Below are positions 1 to 12,243 of a DNA stretch of 64,000 bases, one piece after another; position 1 is the first letter of the stretch; every line of letters starts with the position of its first letter. The stretch lies in sequence record MN895435.1; one strand, given 5' to 3'. Made by a program: the position numbers and the translations under genes. The notes under the pieces are model-generated. The model saw nothing but the letters and a program-made list of their open reading frames with translations, made no database searches and was not told the origin of the DNA. Source of the DNA: Escherichia phage teqhal.

Positions 1-1
1 A

Positions 2-244
<243 letters not shown>

Positions 245-263
245 AATAACGCGTGGCGGAAAT

Positions 264-611
264 ATGAATTTTAATTATTACCCTATTCTATTAGAAAAAG
301 ATGAGAAACAGCCAAAGTGGCAGGGTCCTCAGTTTATTAAAGGCGTTTATCAATTAGTAGTTCCTAAAGACAAGATTTATAGTAGTTGTTTCACTGAATC
401 CGCTTGCAGTATTTTCGGTAATAGTTCTCCGTATTGGAATTTTGACATAAAGCTGGATAGAAATATTGATATTTGGTTGAAAGCTATGGATATTGGTAAT
501 ATCACGTTTGATGAGAATAATTATCATATTATTGGTCGTTTTTCCAAACGCGGTAAAGAATTATATTTCACACCTGAAATTGAGAGAAAATTTGATGCTA
601 AACCGTATTGA
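264..611 (+). CDS. hypothetical protein (115 aa) in an insertion between frd and td
   Basis: ATG-initiated ORF in the track; no motif I recognise; sits where T4 frd and td are recalled to overlap. Confidence 0.55.
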   Translation: MNFNYYPILLEKDEKQPKWQGPQFIKGVYQLVVPKDKIYSSCFTESACSIFGNSSPYWNFDIKLDRNIDIWLKAMDIGNITFDENNYHIIGRFSKRGKELYFTPEIERKFDAKPY

Positions 612-656
612 TTATTTAGCTTCATAAAATGTATTATAATTTATATAAGGTACTAA

Positions 657-1517
657 ATGAAACAATACCAAGATTTAATTAAAGACATTTTTGAAAATGG
701 CTATGAAACCGATGACCGAACGGGCACAGGAACAATTGCTCTGTTCGGTACTAAATTGCGTTGGGATTTAACCAAAGGTTTTCCTGCAGTAACAACTAAG
801 AAGCTCGCCTGGAATGCATGCATTGCTGAGCTAATATGGTTTTTATCAGGAAGCACAAATGTTAATGATTTACGATTAATTCAACACGATTCGTTAATCC
901 AAGGCAAAACAGTTTGGGATGAAAATTACGAAAATCAGGCAAAAGATTTAGGATACCATAGCGGTGAACTTGGTCCAATTTATGGAAAACAGTGGCGTGA
1001 TTTTGGCGGTGTAGACCAAATTATAGAAGTTGTTGATCGTATTAAAAAACTGCCAAATGATAGGCGTCAAATTGTTTCTGCGTGGAATCCAGCTGAACTT
1101 AAATATATGGCATTACCTCCTTGTCATATGTTCTATCAGTTTAATGTGCGTAATGGCTATTTAGATTTGCAGTGGTATCAACGTTCGGTAGATGTTTTCC
1201 TCGGTCTTCCATTTAATATTGCATCATATGCTACGTTAGTTCATATTGTAGCTAAGATGTGTAATCTTATTCCGGGAGATTTGATATTTTCTGGTGGTAA
1301 TACTCATATCTATATGAATCACGTAGAACAATGTAAAGAAATTTTGCGTCGTGAACCTATGGATTTATGCGAATTACAATTAAAATTTCCAGATGAATTT
1401 GATGAATGGGACACAGAATCGCAGGTATTTTGGTTGAGTCAATTTGCAAAGCCTCATAATTTTGTTCTTAACAACTATGTATCTCATCTGCCAATTAAAG
1501 GAAAAATGGCGGTATAA
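657..1517 (+). CDS. td: thymidylate synthase, uninterrupted (no group I intron)
   Basis: 286-aa continuous ORF MKQYQDLIKDIFENGYETDDRTGTGT...; classical TS motifs (PPCH, DLIFSGGNTHIY). Confidence 0.95.
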   Translation: MKQYQDLIKDIFENGYETDDRTGTGTIALFGTKLRWDLTKGFPAVTTKKLAWNACIAELIWFLSGSTNVNDLRLIQHDSLIQGKTVWDENYENQAKDLGYHSGELGPIYGKQWRDFGGVDQIIEVVDRIKKLPNDRRQIVSAWNPAELKYMALPPCHMFYQFNVRNGYLDLQWYQRSVDVFLGLPFNIASYATLVHIVAKMCNLIPGDLIFSGGNTHIYMNHVEQCKEILRREPMDLCELQLKFPDEFDEWDTESQVFWLSQFAKPHNFVLNNYVSHLPIKGKMAV

Positions 1518-1540
1518 TTTTAATTTAATTGAGAGGATAT

Positions 1541-1804
1541 ATGATTTTACGATTTAAAGATACTTCTGGTGTCGTTCTTTTTACACTTCCTAATCCAAGC
1601 GAGTTAGAAGTTCCAGGACCAGAACAGCCTATTACCATTTATGGTAAAAAATACTATACTCATAAAATGACTCGTGAGTATTTTGACAATAAAATTTCCA
1701 CAGTTAAAACTTCTTCTGACTGTTACTACGATATTACTGTTTTAACGGAAAAACAATATGAAGAATTATTACCAACCGGGCCGTCTATGCCGGGTAGTGA
1801 ATAA
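1541..1804 (+). CDS. hypothetical protein (87 aa from ATG 1541; track ORF starts at TTG 1529)
   Basis: SD gagagga 1531-1537 then ATG 1541; position matches T4 nrdA.x small ORFs. Confidence 0.55.
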   Translation: MILRFKDTSGVVLFTLPNPSELEVPGPEQPITIYGKKYYTHKMTREYFDNKISTVKTSSDCYYDITVLTEKQYEELLPTGPSMPGSE

Positions 1805-2084
1805 ATACAAATCCGACTTTGATGTTAATATTCACCGCGGTACATTTTGGGGAAATTACGTCGGTAAAGATGCTGGCAGCCGGGAGGCTGCCATTGAATT
1901 ATTCAAAAAAGATTTTATACGTCGAATTAAATCCGGAGAAATAACTAAAGCACATTTAGAGCCTTTACGTGGAATGAGGCTAGGATGCACATGTAAACCA
2001 AAGCCGTGTCATGGTGATATAATAGCTCATATAGTTAACCGATTGTTTAAAGACGATTTTCAAGTTGAGGACTTATGCAATTAA
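1758..2084 (+). CDS. hypothetical protein with C-x-C-x-P-x-P-C-H-G-D motif (DUF4326-like, nrdA.1-like)
   Basis: 108-aa ORF; motif [12 protein letters not shown]; stop overlaps nrdA start. Confidence 0.6.
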   Translation: MKNYYQPGRLCRVVNKYKSDFDVNIHRGTFWGNYVGKDAGSREAAIELFKKDFIRRIKSGEITKAHLEPLRGMRLGCTCKPKPCHGDIIAHIVNRLFKDDFQVEDLCN

Positions 2085-4339
2085 TTAATGTTATCAAAAG
2101 TAGTGGTGTTTCTCAGAGCTTTGACCCACAAAAAATTATTAAAGTTTTATCTTGGGCAGCTGAAGGAACATCGGTAGATCCTTATGAATTATATGAAAAT
2201 ATTAAATCTTATCTCCGTGATGGAATGACAACTGATGATATTCAGACTATTGTCATTAAGGCCGCTGCGAATTCTATTTCGGTTGAAGAGCCTGATTATC
2301 AATATGTAGCTGCACGTTGTCTAATGTTCGCTCTTCGTAAGCATGTTTATGGGCAGTATGAACCACGTTCATTTATTGACCATATTTCTTACTGTGTAAA
2401 TGAAGGTAAATACGACCCTGAATTATTGTCAAAATATTCAGCAGAAGAAATTACATTTTTAGAATCAAAAATTAAGCACGAGCGGGATATGGAATTTACT
2501 TATTCCGGGGCGATGCAATTAAAAGAAAAATATCTAGTTAAAGATAAAACCACTGGTCAAATTTATGAAACTCCACAGTTTGCATTTATGACTATTGGAA
2601 TGGCATTGCATCAAGATGAACCTGTTGATAGATTAAAACACGTTATCCGTTTTTATGAAGCAGTATCTACTCGACAGATTTCATTGCCAACTCCTATTAT
2701 GGCTGGTTGCCGTACTCCGACTCGACAGTTTAGTTCATGTGTTGTTATTGAGGCAGGTGATTCATTAAAGTCTATCAATAAGGCTTCCGCTTCAATTGTT
2801 GAATATATCTCTAAACGCGCTGGAATTGGTATTAACGTTGGTATGATTCGTGCTGAAGGTTCTAAGATTGGCATGGGTGAAGTACGCCATACCGGTGTTA
2901 TTCCTTTTTGGAAACATTTTCAGACTGCTGTTAAATCATGCTCACAGGGTGGAATTCGTGGCGGCGCTGCTACTGCTTATTATCCTATTTGGCATTTGGA
3001 AGTTGAAAATCTTCTCGTTTTGAAAAATAACAAAGGTGTAGAAGAAAACCGCATTCGTCATATGGATTATGGTGTTCAACTGAATGATCTAATGATGGAA
3101 CGTTTTGGAAAGAACGATTACATTACTTTGTTCAGTCCACATGAAATGGGTGGAGAGCTTTATTATTCTTATTTTAAAGACCAAGACCGTTTCCGTGAAT
3201 TATACGAAGCAGCAGAAAAAGACCCTAATATTCGTAAAAAGCGCATTAAAGCCCGTGAACTATTTGAATTGCTCATGACTGAACGCTCAGGAACAGCAAG
3301 GATTTATGTGCAGTTCATTGATAATACGAATAACTATACTCCGTTTATTCGTGAAAAGGCACCTATTCGTCAGAGTAACTTGTGCTGTGAAATTGCTATT
3401 CCAACAAATGATGTGAATAGCCCTGATGCTGAAATTGGATTGTGCACGTTATCTGCATTTGTGTTGGATAACTTCGATTGGCAAGACCAAGATAAAATTA
3501 ATGAATTAGCAGAAGTTCAAGTTCGTGCTCTTGATAATCTTTTGGATTACCAAGGATATCCAGTTCCTGAAGCAGAAAAAGCTAAAAAGCGTCGAAACCT
3601 TGGTGTAGGTGTTACTAACTATGCAGCTTGGCTGGCAAGTAACTTTGCTTCTTATGAAGATGCTAACGATTTAACACATGAACTATTTGAGAGATTACAG
3701 TATGGACTCATTAAAGCATCCATTAAGCTCGCCAAAGAAAAAGGACCTTGTGAATATTATTCAGACACTCGTTGGTCTCGAGGCGAATTACCTATCGACT
3801 GGTACAATAAAAAGATTGACCAAATCGCAGCTCCAAAATACGTTTGTGACTGGTCGTCGCTGCGGGAAGACCTTAAGCTCTTTGGCATCCGTAATAGCAC
3901 ATTATCAGCACTTATGCCATGTGAGTCATCTTCCCAAGTTTCTAACAGTACAAACGGTATCGAGCCTCCACGTGGACCAGTCTCTGTTAAAGAATCAAAA
4001 GAGGGCTCCTTTAATCAAGTCGTGCCCAATATTGAGCATAACATAGACCTCTATGATTATACATGGAAATTAGCTAAGAAAGGTAATAAACCTTATCTTA
4101 CGCAGGTAGCTATTATGCTGAAATGGGTATGTCAATCAGCTTCAGCGAATACATATTATGACCCACAGATTTTTCCAAAAGGAAAGGTTCCAATGTCAAT
4201 AATGATTGATGACCTTTTGTATTTTTGGTATTTTGGCGGAAAAAATTTCTATTATCATAATACCCGTGATGGTTCTGGTACTGATGATTATGAAATAGAA
4301 ACTCCAAAAGCTGAAGATTGTTCATCCTGTAAATTATGA
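2075..4339 (+). CDS. nrdA: aerobic ribonucleoside-diphosphate reductase large subunit
   Basis: 754-aa ORF with ATP-cone N-terminus and class I RNR catalytic core (NLCCEIA..., C-terminal CSSCKL). Confidence 0.95.
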   Translation: MQLINVIKSSGVSQSFDPQKIIKVLSWAAEGTSVDPYELYENIKSYLRDGMTTDDIQTIVIKAAANSISVEEPDYQYVAARCLMFALRKHVYGQYEPRSFIDHISYCVNEGKYDPELLSKYSAEEITFLESKIKHERDMEFTYSGAMQLKEKYLVKDKTTGQIYETPQFAFMTIGMALHQDEPVDRLKHVIRFYEAVSTRQISLPTPIMAGCRTPTRQFSSCVVIEAGDSLKSINKASASIVEYISKRAGIGINVGMIRAEGSKIGMGEVRHTGVIPFWKHFQTAVKSCSQGGIRGGAATAYYPIWHLEVENLLVLKNNKGVEENRIRHMDYGVQLNDLMMERFGKNDYITLFSPHEMGGELYYSYFKDQDRFRELYEAAEKDPNIRKKRIKARELFELLMTERSGTARIYVQFIDNTNNYTPFIREKAPIRQSNLCCEIAIPTNDVNSPDAEIGLCTLSAFVLDNFDWQDQDKINELAEVQVRALDNLLDYQGYPVPEAEKAKKRRNLGVGVTNYAAWLASNFASYEDANDLTHELFERLQYGLIKASIKLAKEKGPCEYYSDTRWSRGELPIDWYNKKIDQIAAPKYVCDWSSLREDLKLFGIRNSTLSALMPCESSSQVSNSTNGIEPPRGPVSVKESKEGSFNQVVPNIEHNIDLYDYTWKLAKKGNKPYLTQVAIMLKWVCQSASANTYYDPQIFPKGKVPMSIMIDDLLYFWYFGGKNFYYHNTRDGSGTDDYEIETPKAEDCSSCKL

Positions 4340-4390
4340 TATAATTTGACTCACGGACGAGTCACCAACTATTAACTAAGCGGAAAATTT

Positions 4391-5569
4391 ATGAGCACAG
4401 TTTTTAATACAAATCCAGTTGATGTTTTAAAAGAACCTATGTTTTTTGGTTCAGGTCTTGGTATTGCGCGTTATGATATTCAACGCCATAAAGTTTTTGA
4501 AGATTTAACCGAAAAGCAATTATCATTTTTCTGGCGTCCTGAAGAAGTAAACTTAATGATGGATGCTGCACAGTTTAATAAGATTCCTCAGTATCAGCAA
4601 AATATTTTTACTAATAATCTGAAGTATCAATCACTTTTGGATAGCATTCAGGGTCGTGCGCCGTCTGCTGTACTTATGTCATTAATTTCAGACCCAAGCC
4701 TTGATACATGGGTTGCTACGTGGACTTTTAGTGAAACTATTCACTCTCGTTCATATACACATATCATGCGAAATCTTTATACTGATCCATCGAAGGTATT
4801 TGATGAGATTGTATTAGATGAAGCTATTATGAAACGTGCTGAATCCATTGGACGTTATTATGATGATGTTCTGACTAAAACTCGTTATTGGGAAAACGCT
4901 AAAGCTGATATCGAATACCAAAAAGAAATTAATGCAGACGAAGATGTTATTGAAGATGCTATTGAGCATGAGACATATTGGAAGCGTGAGCTAATGAAAT
5001 CTCTTTACCTCTGTTTGCATGTAATCAACGCATTGGAAGCTATTCGTTTTTATGTATCTTTCGCATGTACCTTTAACTTCCATAAGAACATGGAAATTAT
5101 GGAAGGCAATGCAAAGATTATGAAGTTCATTGCACGTGATGAGCAGCTTCATCTTAAAGGTACACAATATATTATTCGTCAACTTCAATCTGGTACTGAT
5201 GGCGATGAATGGGTTAAAATTGCTCAAGAGTGTGAACAAGAAGCAGTTGATATTTTCATGGAAGTTAACCGCCAAGAAAAAGATTGGGCAGTTCATTTAT
5301 TTAAAGATGGCGATGTTCCTGGATTAAATACAAATAGCATGTGGAGCTTTATTGATTACTTAACTGTATCTCGTATGAAACAGTGTGGTCTTCCATGCCC
5401 AATTACCGATGCTCCGGTTAAACATCCATATCCTTGGATTCGTGAATATCTTAATTCTGATAATGTTCAATCCGCGCCACAAGAAGTAGAACTGTCATCT
5501 TATCTTGTTGCACAGATTGATAATGATGTTGATGATAAAGTTATGATGAGTTTTAAAAAATACTTTTAA
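4391..5569 (+). CDS. nrdB: ribonucleoside-diphosphate reductase small subunit, uninterrupted (no intron)
   Basis: 392-aa continuous ORF; di-iron R2 fold; only 51 bp after nrdA. Confidence 0.95.
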   Translation: MSTVFNTNPVDVLKEPMFFGSGLGIARYDIQRHKVFEDLTEKQLSFFWRPEEVNLMMDAAQFNKIPQYQQNIFTNNLKYQSLLDSIQGRAPSAVLMSLISDPSLDTWVATWTFSETIHSRSYTHIMRNLYTDPSKVFDEIVLDEAIMKRAESIGRYYDDVLTKTRYWENAKADIEYQKEINADEDVIEDAIEHETYWKRELMKSLYLCLHVINALEAIRFYVSFACTFNFHKNMEIMEGNAKIMKFIARDEQLHLKGTQYIIRQLQSGTDGDEWVKIAQECEQEAVDIFMEVNRQEKDWAVHLFKDGDVPGLNTNSMWSFIDYLTVSRMKQCGLPCPITDAPVKHPYPWIREYLNSDNVQSAPQEVELSSYLVAQIDNDVDDKVMMSFKKYF

Positions 5570-5573
5570 GGAG

Positions 5574-5589
5574 TGGGCCGCAAGGCCCA
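5574..5589 (+). promoter_or_regulatory. hairpin between the Shine-Dalgarno (taaggag 5567-5573) and the denA start codon (split ribosome-binding site)
   Basis: tgggcc-gcaa-ggccca stem-loop followed by ttttatt then ATG 5597. Confidence 0.5.
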
Positions 5590-5596
5590 TTTTATT

Positions 5597-7184
<1,588 letters not shown>

Positions 7185-7187
7185 GCT

Positions 7188-7217
7188 GTTTACAAGTCCC
7201 TCATGTTGTGTTACAGT
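7188..7217 (+). promoter_or_regulatory. early (sigma70-dependent T4-type) promoter, copy A of a duplicated ~60-bp element
   Basis: GTTTAC 7188-7193, spacer, TG-n-TACAGT extended -10; upstream of alc. Confidence 0.6.
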
Positions 7218-7248
7218 AGTCTTACTGACATAACATGAGGACTTTATG

Positions 7249-7752
7249 ATGGATTTACAGCTTATTACTACTGAAATGGTCGTTGAAGCATACGGTGATA
7301 CTACAGATGGGATTTCTGTATTCAAAGGAAATCGTCGAGTTGGATATATCACCGATCTTAAGAAAGATTTAGCTAAGCAAGTCAAGCGGAAAACGACCAT
7401 TAAAGAATATCGAAATCGTCGTCTTGAGCAAGCCCGTGATATGCTTCCTGATGCGGTTGGGGAGATGAAAGTCTTTTTAGAAAATCAACTCGCTAAGTAT
7501 GATTGTGAAGTGTTCATTAATCAGACTCAACCTAATGTTCATATTAACAACTGTAAATGCTATATCATCGTTAATCCTTTGACGGGAAAACATCGTCTTG
7601 GAATTAGTAATCCAAATCGTAGTGCATCGGATATGGCAGAAGATGTTGAGGCATGCTTTAAAATTTCTAAATCTCCAGCTGAACATCATATTTTAATTAA
7701 CGGTCTTTCTCAAGACGATATTATAGAGGTTATTAAAACTTTATGCAATTAA
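7249..7752 (+). CDS. alc: Alc, inhibitor of host transcription on cytosine-containing DNA
   Basis: 167 aa from second ATG (MDLQLITTEM...); position between rnlA and pseT as in T4. Confidence 0.8.
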   Translation: MDLQLITTEMVVEAYGDTTDGISVFKGNRRVGYITDLKKDLAKQVKRKTTIKEYRNRRLEQARDMLPDAVGEMKVFLENQLAKYDCEVFINQTQPNVHINNCKCYIIVNPLTGKHRLGISNPNRSASDMAEDVEACFKISKSPAEHHILINGLSQDDIIEVIKTLCN

Positions 7753-8096
7753 GTAATACGACAGCAGGCTTGTTATTAATTGTAATTGCATTGGGCGGAA
7801 CTTCTTTAATTTTAAAAAATAAAATTGAAAGATTAGAAACGTCTGTTGTAGAAATTACAAAAACGGCCAATGAAAACGCTTTAGCATTAGATAATTTGCG
7901 AATTCAGTATAATTATATTGATGCGATGAATAATAAAAATCGTGAGGCAATTGCTGCTATTGAGCGTGAAAATGAAAAACTGCGCAAAGACGCAAAGAAG
8001 GCGGATGTGGTGGCTCATAAGCCAGGATTGGTTGAAAAACAAATCAACAACTCCTTCAACAAGTTCGCAGAAGACATCCAGGACCTTTCTAAATGA
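7743..8096 (+). CDS. pseT.3: i-spanin-like inner-membrane protein (T4 pseT.3 position)
   Basis: N-terminal TM helix TAGLLLIVIALGGTSLIL then coiled-coil-like region; stop overlaps next ORF start. Confidence 0.7.
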   Translation: MQLSNTTAGLLLIVIALGGTSLILKNKIERLETSVVEITKTANENALALDNLRIQYNYIDAMNNKNREAIAAIERENEKLRKDAKKADVVAHKPGLVEKQINNSFNKFAEDIQDLSK

Positions 8097-8392
8097 TTAG
8101 ACTATCAGCAGTAATATTATCTATTGGTCTTCTAGTTGGTTGTTCGACAAAGCCTCTAGAAGTAAAGAAAGAAACAGTTCATCCTAATTGGCCTGTGCAA
8201 ATAAAGTCATATGACGAAGCTAAACTATCTTGGCAAGTTAAAGTTATCGATGGTAAAGCTTGGGTCGGTATGCCATTTGAAGATTCTCAGGAATTTCGTA
8301 TTTGGCTTAATGATGTAAAACGATATGTACATGATCAGAAAACTATGATATGTTATTATCGCCAAGAGTTAAAAGAGGATAAATGCAAATGA
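8093..8392 (+). CDS. pseT.2: o-spanin-like outer-membrane lipoprotein (T4 pseT.2 position)
   Basis: Signal peptide with lipobox MIRLSAVILSIGLLVGC; 99 aa. Confidence 0.7.
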   Translation: MIRLSAVILSIGLLVGCSTKPLEVKKETVHPNWPVQIKSYDEAKLSWQVKVIDGKAWVGMPFEDSQEFRIWLNDVKRYVHDQKTMICYYRQELKEDKCK

Positions 8393-8613
8393 TTTCATGG
8401 CATCAATTTGAACATCTCAAAGGATTGATTTATGAATCCGAGATGGCTGCAATGATTTATGGACGCCAGATTCAACGATTAGAATCTTTACCTCCAACTA
8501 ATGATGTTTTATTAGCTCAATCACGTGCTAATCTTAAAAATGAATACCAAAATAAGTGGGGTAAAGCATCTAAAGACCTGCATGATTATATTCAATCATT
8601 GGTTGAGAAATAA
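8383..8613 (+). CDS. hypothetical protein (76 aa)
   Basis: ORF with SD aagagga; compact operon spacing. Confidence 0.55.
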   Translation: MQMISWHQFEHLKGLIYESEMAAMIYGRQIQRLESLPPTNDVLLAQSRANLKNEYQNKWGKASKDLHDYIQSLVEK

Positions 8614-8616
8614 TAA

Positions 8617-9841
<1,225 letters not shown>

Positions 9842-9842
<1 letters not shown>

Positions 9843-10039
9843 TGGCGTGGCATCATGAAACTTGGGCTATTATTATTGTAAATAGTGGTTTAGTCGGTAC
9901 TAGTAATGGGCAATTTTGTGTATTCACTAGTGAAATCAGAGCTTGGGAGGAATGTCTTAAATTGAGAGAAAAGAATCCTGATGTTGAACTAACAGTAAAG
10001 AAAACTAAACTGCCTTTACCATGGAAAACTTATGAATAA
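9842..10039 (+). CDS. hypothetical protein (65 aa from ATG 9842; TAATG overlap with pseT)
   Basis: ORF; track start 9812 would overlap pseT by 31 nt. Confidence 0.45.
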
Positions 10040-10232
10040 CATAGAAAAGATTTATCGTCTTTGTGATAAAATTGAAAAAGAAAAGAAATATCTATTTTGT
10101 TTATGGCCTATTGTTGACGGAAGAGTAGGCTTAGATGTTCTTGATTATGAAACAGAAGACAAAGTAGATGGTTCAACTTTTGATAACGCTTTGGATGTTA
10201 TTGATTGGCTTGAAGAAAATTATGTGAGGTAA
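10032..10232 (+). CDS. hypothetical protein (66 aa)
   Basis: ORF in cd-proximal early cluster. Confidence 0.5.
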   Translation: MNNIEKIYRLCDKIEKEKKYLFCLWPIVDGRVGLDVLDYETEDKVDGSTFDNALDVIDWLEENYVR

Positions 10233-10234
10233 AT

Positions 10235-10510
10235 ATGTTTCCGACTTATTCTAAAATCGTAGAAGTAGTGTTTAGTCAAATTATCGCTAATAATATGTTT
10301 GAAAAGCTTGATAACGCAGCCGAACTTCGAATCCATGCTCAAGTGACTCATGTATTAAACACTTTGCTTCCAGACCAGGTGGATTCTGTTGCCATTACGC
10401 TGTATCCAGGTTCCGCGCATATCATTGTCGTATTCGGTCTTGATGCTGAGTTAGTTATCAAAGGCGACATTCGCTTTGAATCTCAAACTGCGGAATTCAA
10501 AGCGATTTAA
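10235..10510 (+). CDS. hypothetical protein (91 aa)
   Basis: ORF with SD gaggt. Confidence 0.55.
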   Translation: MFPTYSKIVEVVFSQIIANNMFEKLDNAAELRIHAQVTHVLNTLLPDQVDSVAITLYPGSAHIIVVFGLDAELVIKGDIRFESQTAEFKAI

Positions 10511-10512
10511 TA

Positions 10513-10542
10513 GTTTACTTTACAGTAGAGTTGTGATATTAT
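10513..10542 (+). promoter_or_regulatory. early promoter
   Basis: GTTTAC 10513-10518, 18-nt spacer, TG-a-TATTAT. Confidence 0.6.
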
Positions 10543-10572
10543 GGCTCTACCAAACAAATGAGGAAATTGAAA

Positions 10573-11100
10573 ATGAGCGAATGGTTTGAAGAAGATAAGG
10601 TTTATCGCTTTAAAGCTGGATATAAAGATATTTTTAATGAAACTTGCGGGGCTAATAAACGAATTGCTCAGTTTATTGGGGAAAATTCATTTAAAGTAAA
10701 AATTGATCCCGCGAAAAATGTTATTAGCATTAAACGTGAAATTGACGATTACTGGTATAAAGCTGTTGATGTAATGGGTGAATGCTATAAAGATAGCCCA
10801 TTATTTTCAATTACTTATATGTCAGAATATTATTTTTTCGAAGAAGTTCAAAAAGATGATTCTGTCAGTAAATTTGAAATTAAAACTGATAAAGAAATTA
10901 AATGGAAAGTAGTAGGTATTACTGGTTGTATGTTTTATATCTATGCTCAAACTGATACGAAGGAAGAAGCTAAAAAGAAAGCTCTAGAATATCTTGAAGA
11001 GTATGAAGAAGGCCCGGTAATGATTACTCAAGATGCTGAATTAGTTTCTGTCAAATTAGTTAAAAACGTTGAAAGTAAGGAGCTGGGATCAACATGCTAA
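10573..11100 (+). CDS. hypothetical protein (175 aa from ATG 10573)
   Basis: SD gaggaaa 10560-10566 then ATG; ORF. Confidence 0.6.
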   Translation: MSEWFEEDKVYRFKAGYKDIFNETCGANKRIAQFIGENSFKVKIDPAKNVISIKREIDDYWYKAVDVMGECYKDSPLFSITYMSEYYFFEEVQKDDSVSKFEIKTDKEIKWKVVGITGCMFYIYAQTDTKEEAKKKALEYLEEYEEGPVMITQDAELVSVKLVKNVESKELGSTC

Positions 11101-11330
11101 GTGAAAAACCGATTACTGTTAAAGAATTCCAAGAAAAAGTTAAGCTATTTGCACAGGAATTGGTAAATAAGGTTTCTGAACGATTTCCTGAAACATCGGT
11201 TCGTGTTATTACCGAAACTCCTCGTTCAGTATTAGTAATTGTGAATCCAGGTGATGGTGATCAAATAACACATCTTAAATTGGATTTTGATGGATTAGTT
11301 GAAGCACAAAGGGTGTATGGCGTACTATGA
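11094..11330 (+). CDS. hypothetical protein (78 aa)
   Basis: ORF, overlapping stop/start junctions. Confidence 0.55.
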   Translation: MLSEKPITVKEFQEKVKLFAQELVNKVSERFPETSVRVITETPRSVLVIVNPGDGDQITHLKLDFDGLVEAQRVYGVL

Positions 11331-11665
11331 TGAATTTAACTGATATAATTGATAATTGTCTTGAAAATGATACTGGCGATCATAGAGCGCTTGACTCTGA
11401 AACAGCACAGTTCATTAGAATAACTTTAATGAATGACACTCTAGTAAATAGTATTCATCCTTCTGTATATGATGCTATTATTGTGACGAAGTATCCAGTT
11501 GAGCTTCACAAAAAGATGGTTGGCGCAATTTTTATTGATAAGAAAAACCGCTTTAAAGACGGACAGAATATAATTAGTTCTGTTATTAAAAGTATAACTA
11601 AACTTCGCCATGAAATTTATCGTGTTGAAACTGCTAAATCTGCTTATCTGGTGATTATGAAATGA
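11327..11665 (+). CDS. hypothetical protein (112 aa)
   Basis: ORF, ATGA-type overlap with cd. Confidence 0.55.
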   Translation: MMNLTDIIDNCLENDTGDHRALDSETAQFIRITLMNDTLVNSIHPSVYDAIIVTKYPVELHKKMVGAIFIDKKNRFKDGQNIISSVIKSITKLRHEIYRVETAKSAYLVIMK

Positions 11666-12243
11666 AAGCGAGTACAGTACTTCAAATTGCATATTTAGTA
11701 TCACAAGAATCAAAATGTTGCTCCTGGAAGGTAGGAGCAGTAATTGAAAAGAATGGACGTATTATTTCTACTGGGTATAATGGTTCACCCGCAGGAGGTG
11801 TGAACTGTTGTGATTATGCCGCTGAGCAAGGTTGGTTGCTGAATAAACCTAAACATACTATCATCCAAGGCCATAAGCCTGAATGCGTATCATTTGGTTC
11901 AACTGATCGCTTTGTCTTGGCGAAAGAACATCGTAGTGCTCACTCGGAATGGTCATCTAAAAATGAAATTCATGCTGAACTAAATGCAATTTTGTTTGCT
12001 GCACGAAATGGTTCTTCTATTGAAGGTGCTACTATGTATGTAACACTTTCTCCATGTCCGGATTGCGCAAAAGCGATAGCTCAATCTGGTATTAAAAAGC
12101 TGGTTTATTGCGAAACATACGATAAAAATAAACCTGGCTGGGATGATATTCTGCGAAATGCAGGTATTGAAGTGTTTAATGTTCCTAAGAAAAACTTGAA
12201 TAAGTTAAACTGGGAAAATATCAACGAATTCTGTGGTGAATAA
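11662..12243 (+). CDS. cd: dCMP deaminase
   Basis: 193 aa; cytidine/dCMP deaminase zinc motifs (HAE...PCxxC: HAELNAILFA, SPCPDCAKAI). Confidence 0.93.
   Translation: MKASTVLQIAYLVSQESKCCSWKVGAVIEKNGRIISTGYNGSPAGGVNCCDYAAEQGWLLNKPKHTIIQGHKPECVSFGSTDRFVLAKEHRSAHSEWSSKNEIHAELNAILFAARNGSSIEGATMYVTLSPCPDCAKAIAQSGIKKLVYCETYDKNKPGWDDILRNAGIEVFNVPKKNLNKLNWENINEFCGE

Noticed and set aside
4340-4390. sigma70-like TTGACT-N18-TATTAA and a GACTC/GAGTC inverted repeat between nrdA and nrdB
   Set aside because: Short, uses the E. coli-type -35 rather than the phage early GTTTAC motif, and the inverted repeat has no U-run; too weak to annotate.
2653-5327. Track ORFs inside or antisense to nrdA and nrdB (2653-2874, 3678-4046, 4113-4325, 4991-5296, 5130-5327)
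   Set aside because: They lie wholly within well-supported long genes, lack ribosome-binding sites, and are the usual spurious frames of AT-rich phage DNA.
657-5569. Search for group I introns or intron-encoded homing endonucleases in td and nrdB
   Set aside because: Both genes are continuous full-length ORFs with no internal stops or inserted blocks, so no intron is present.
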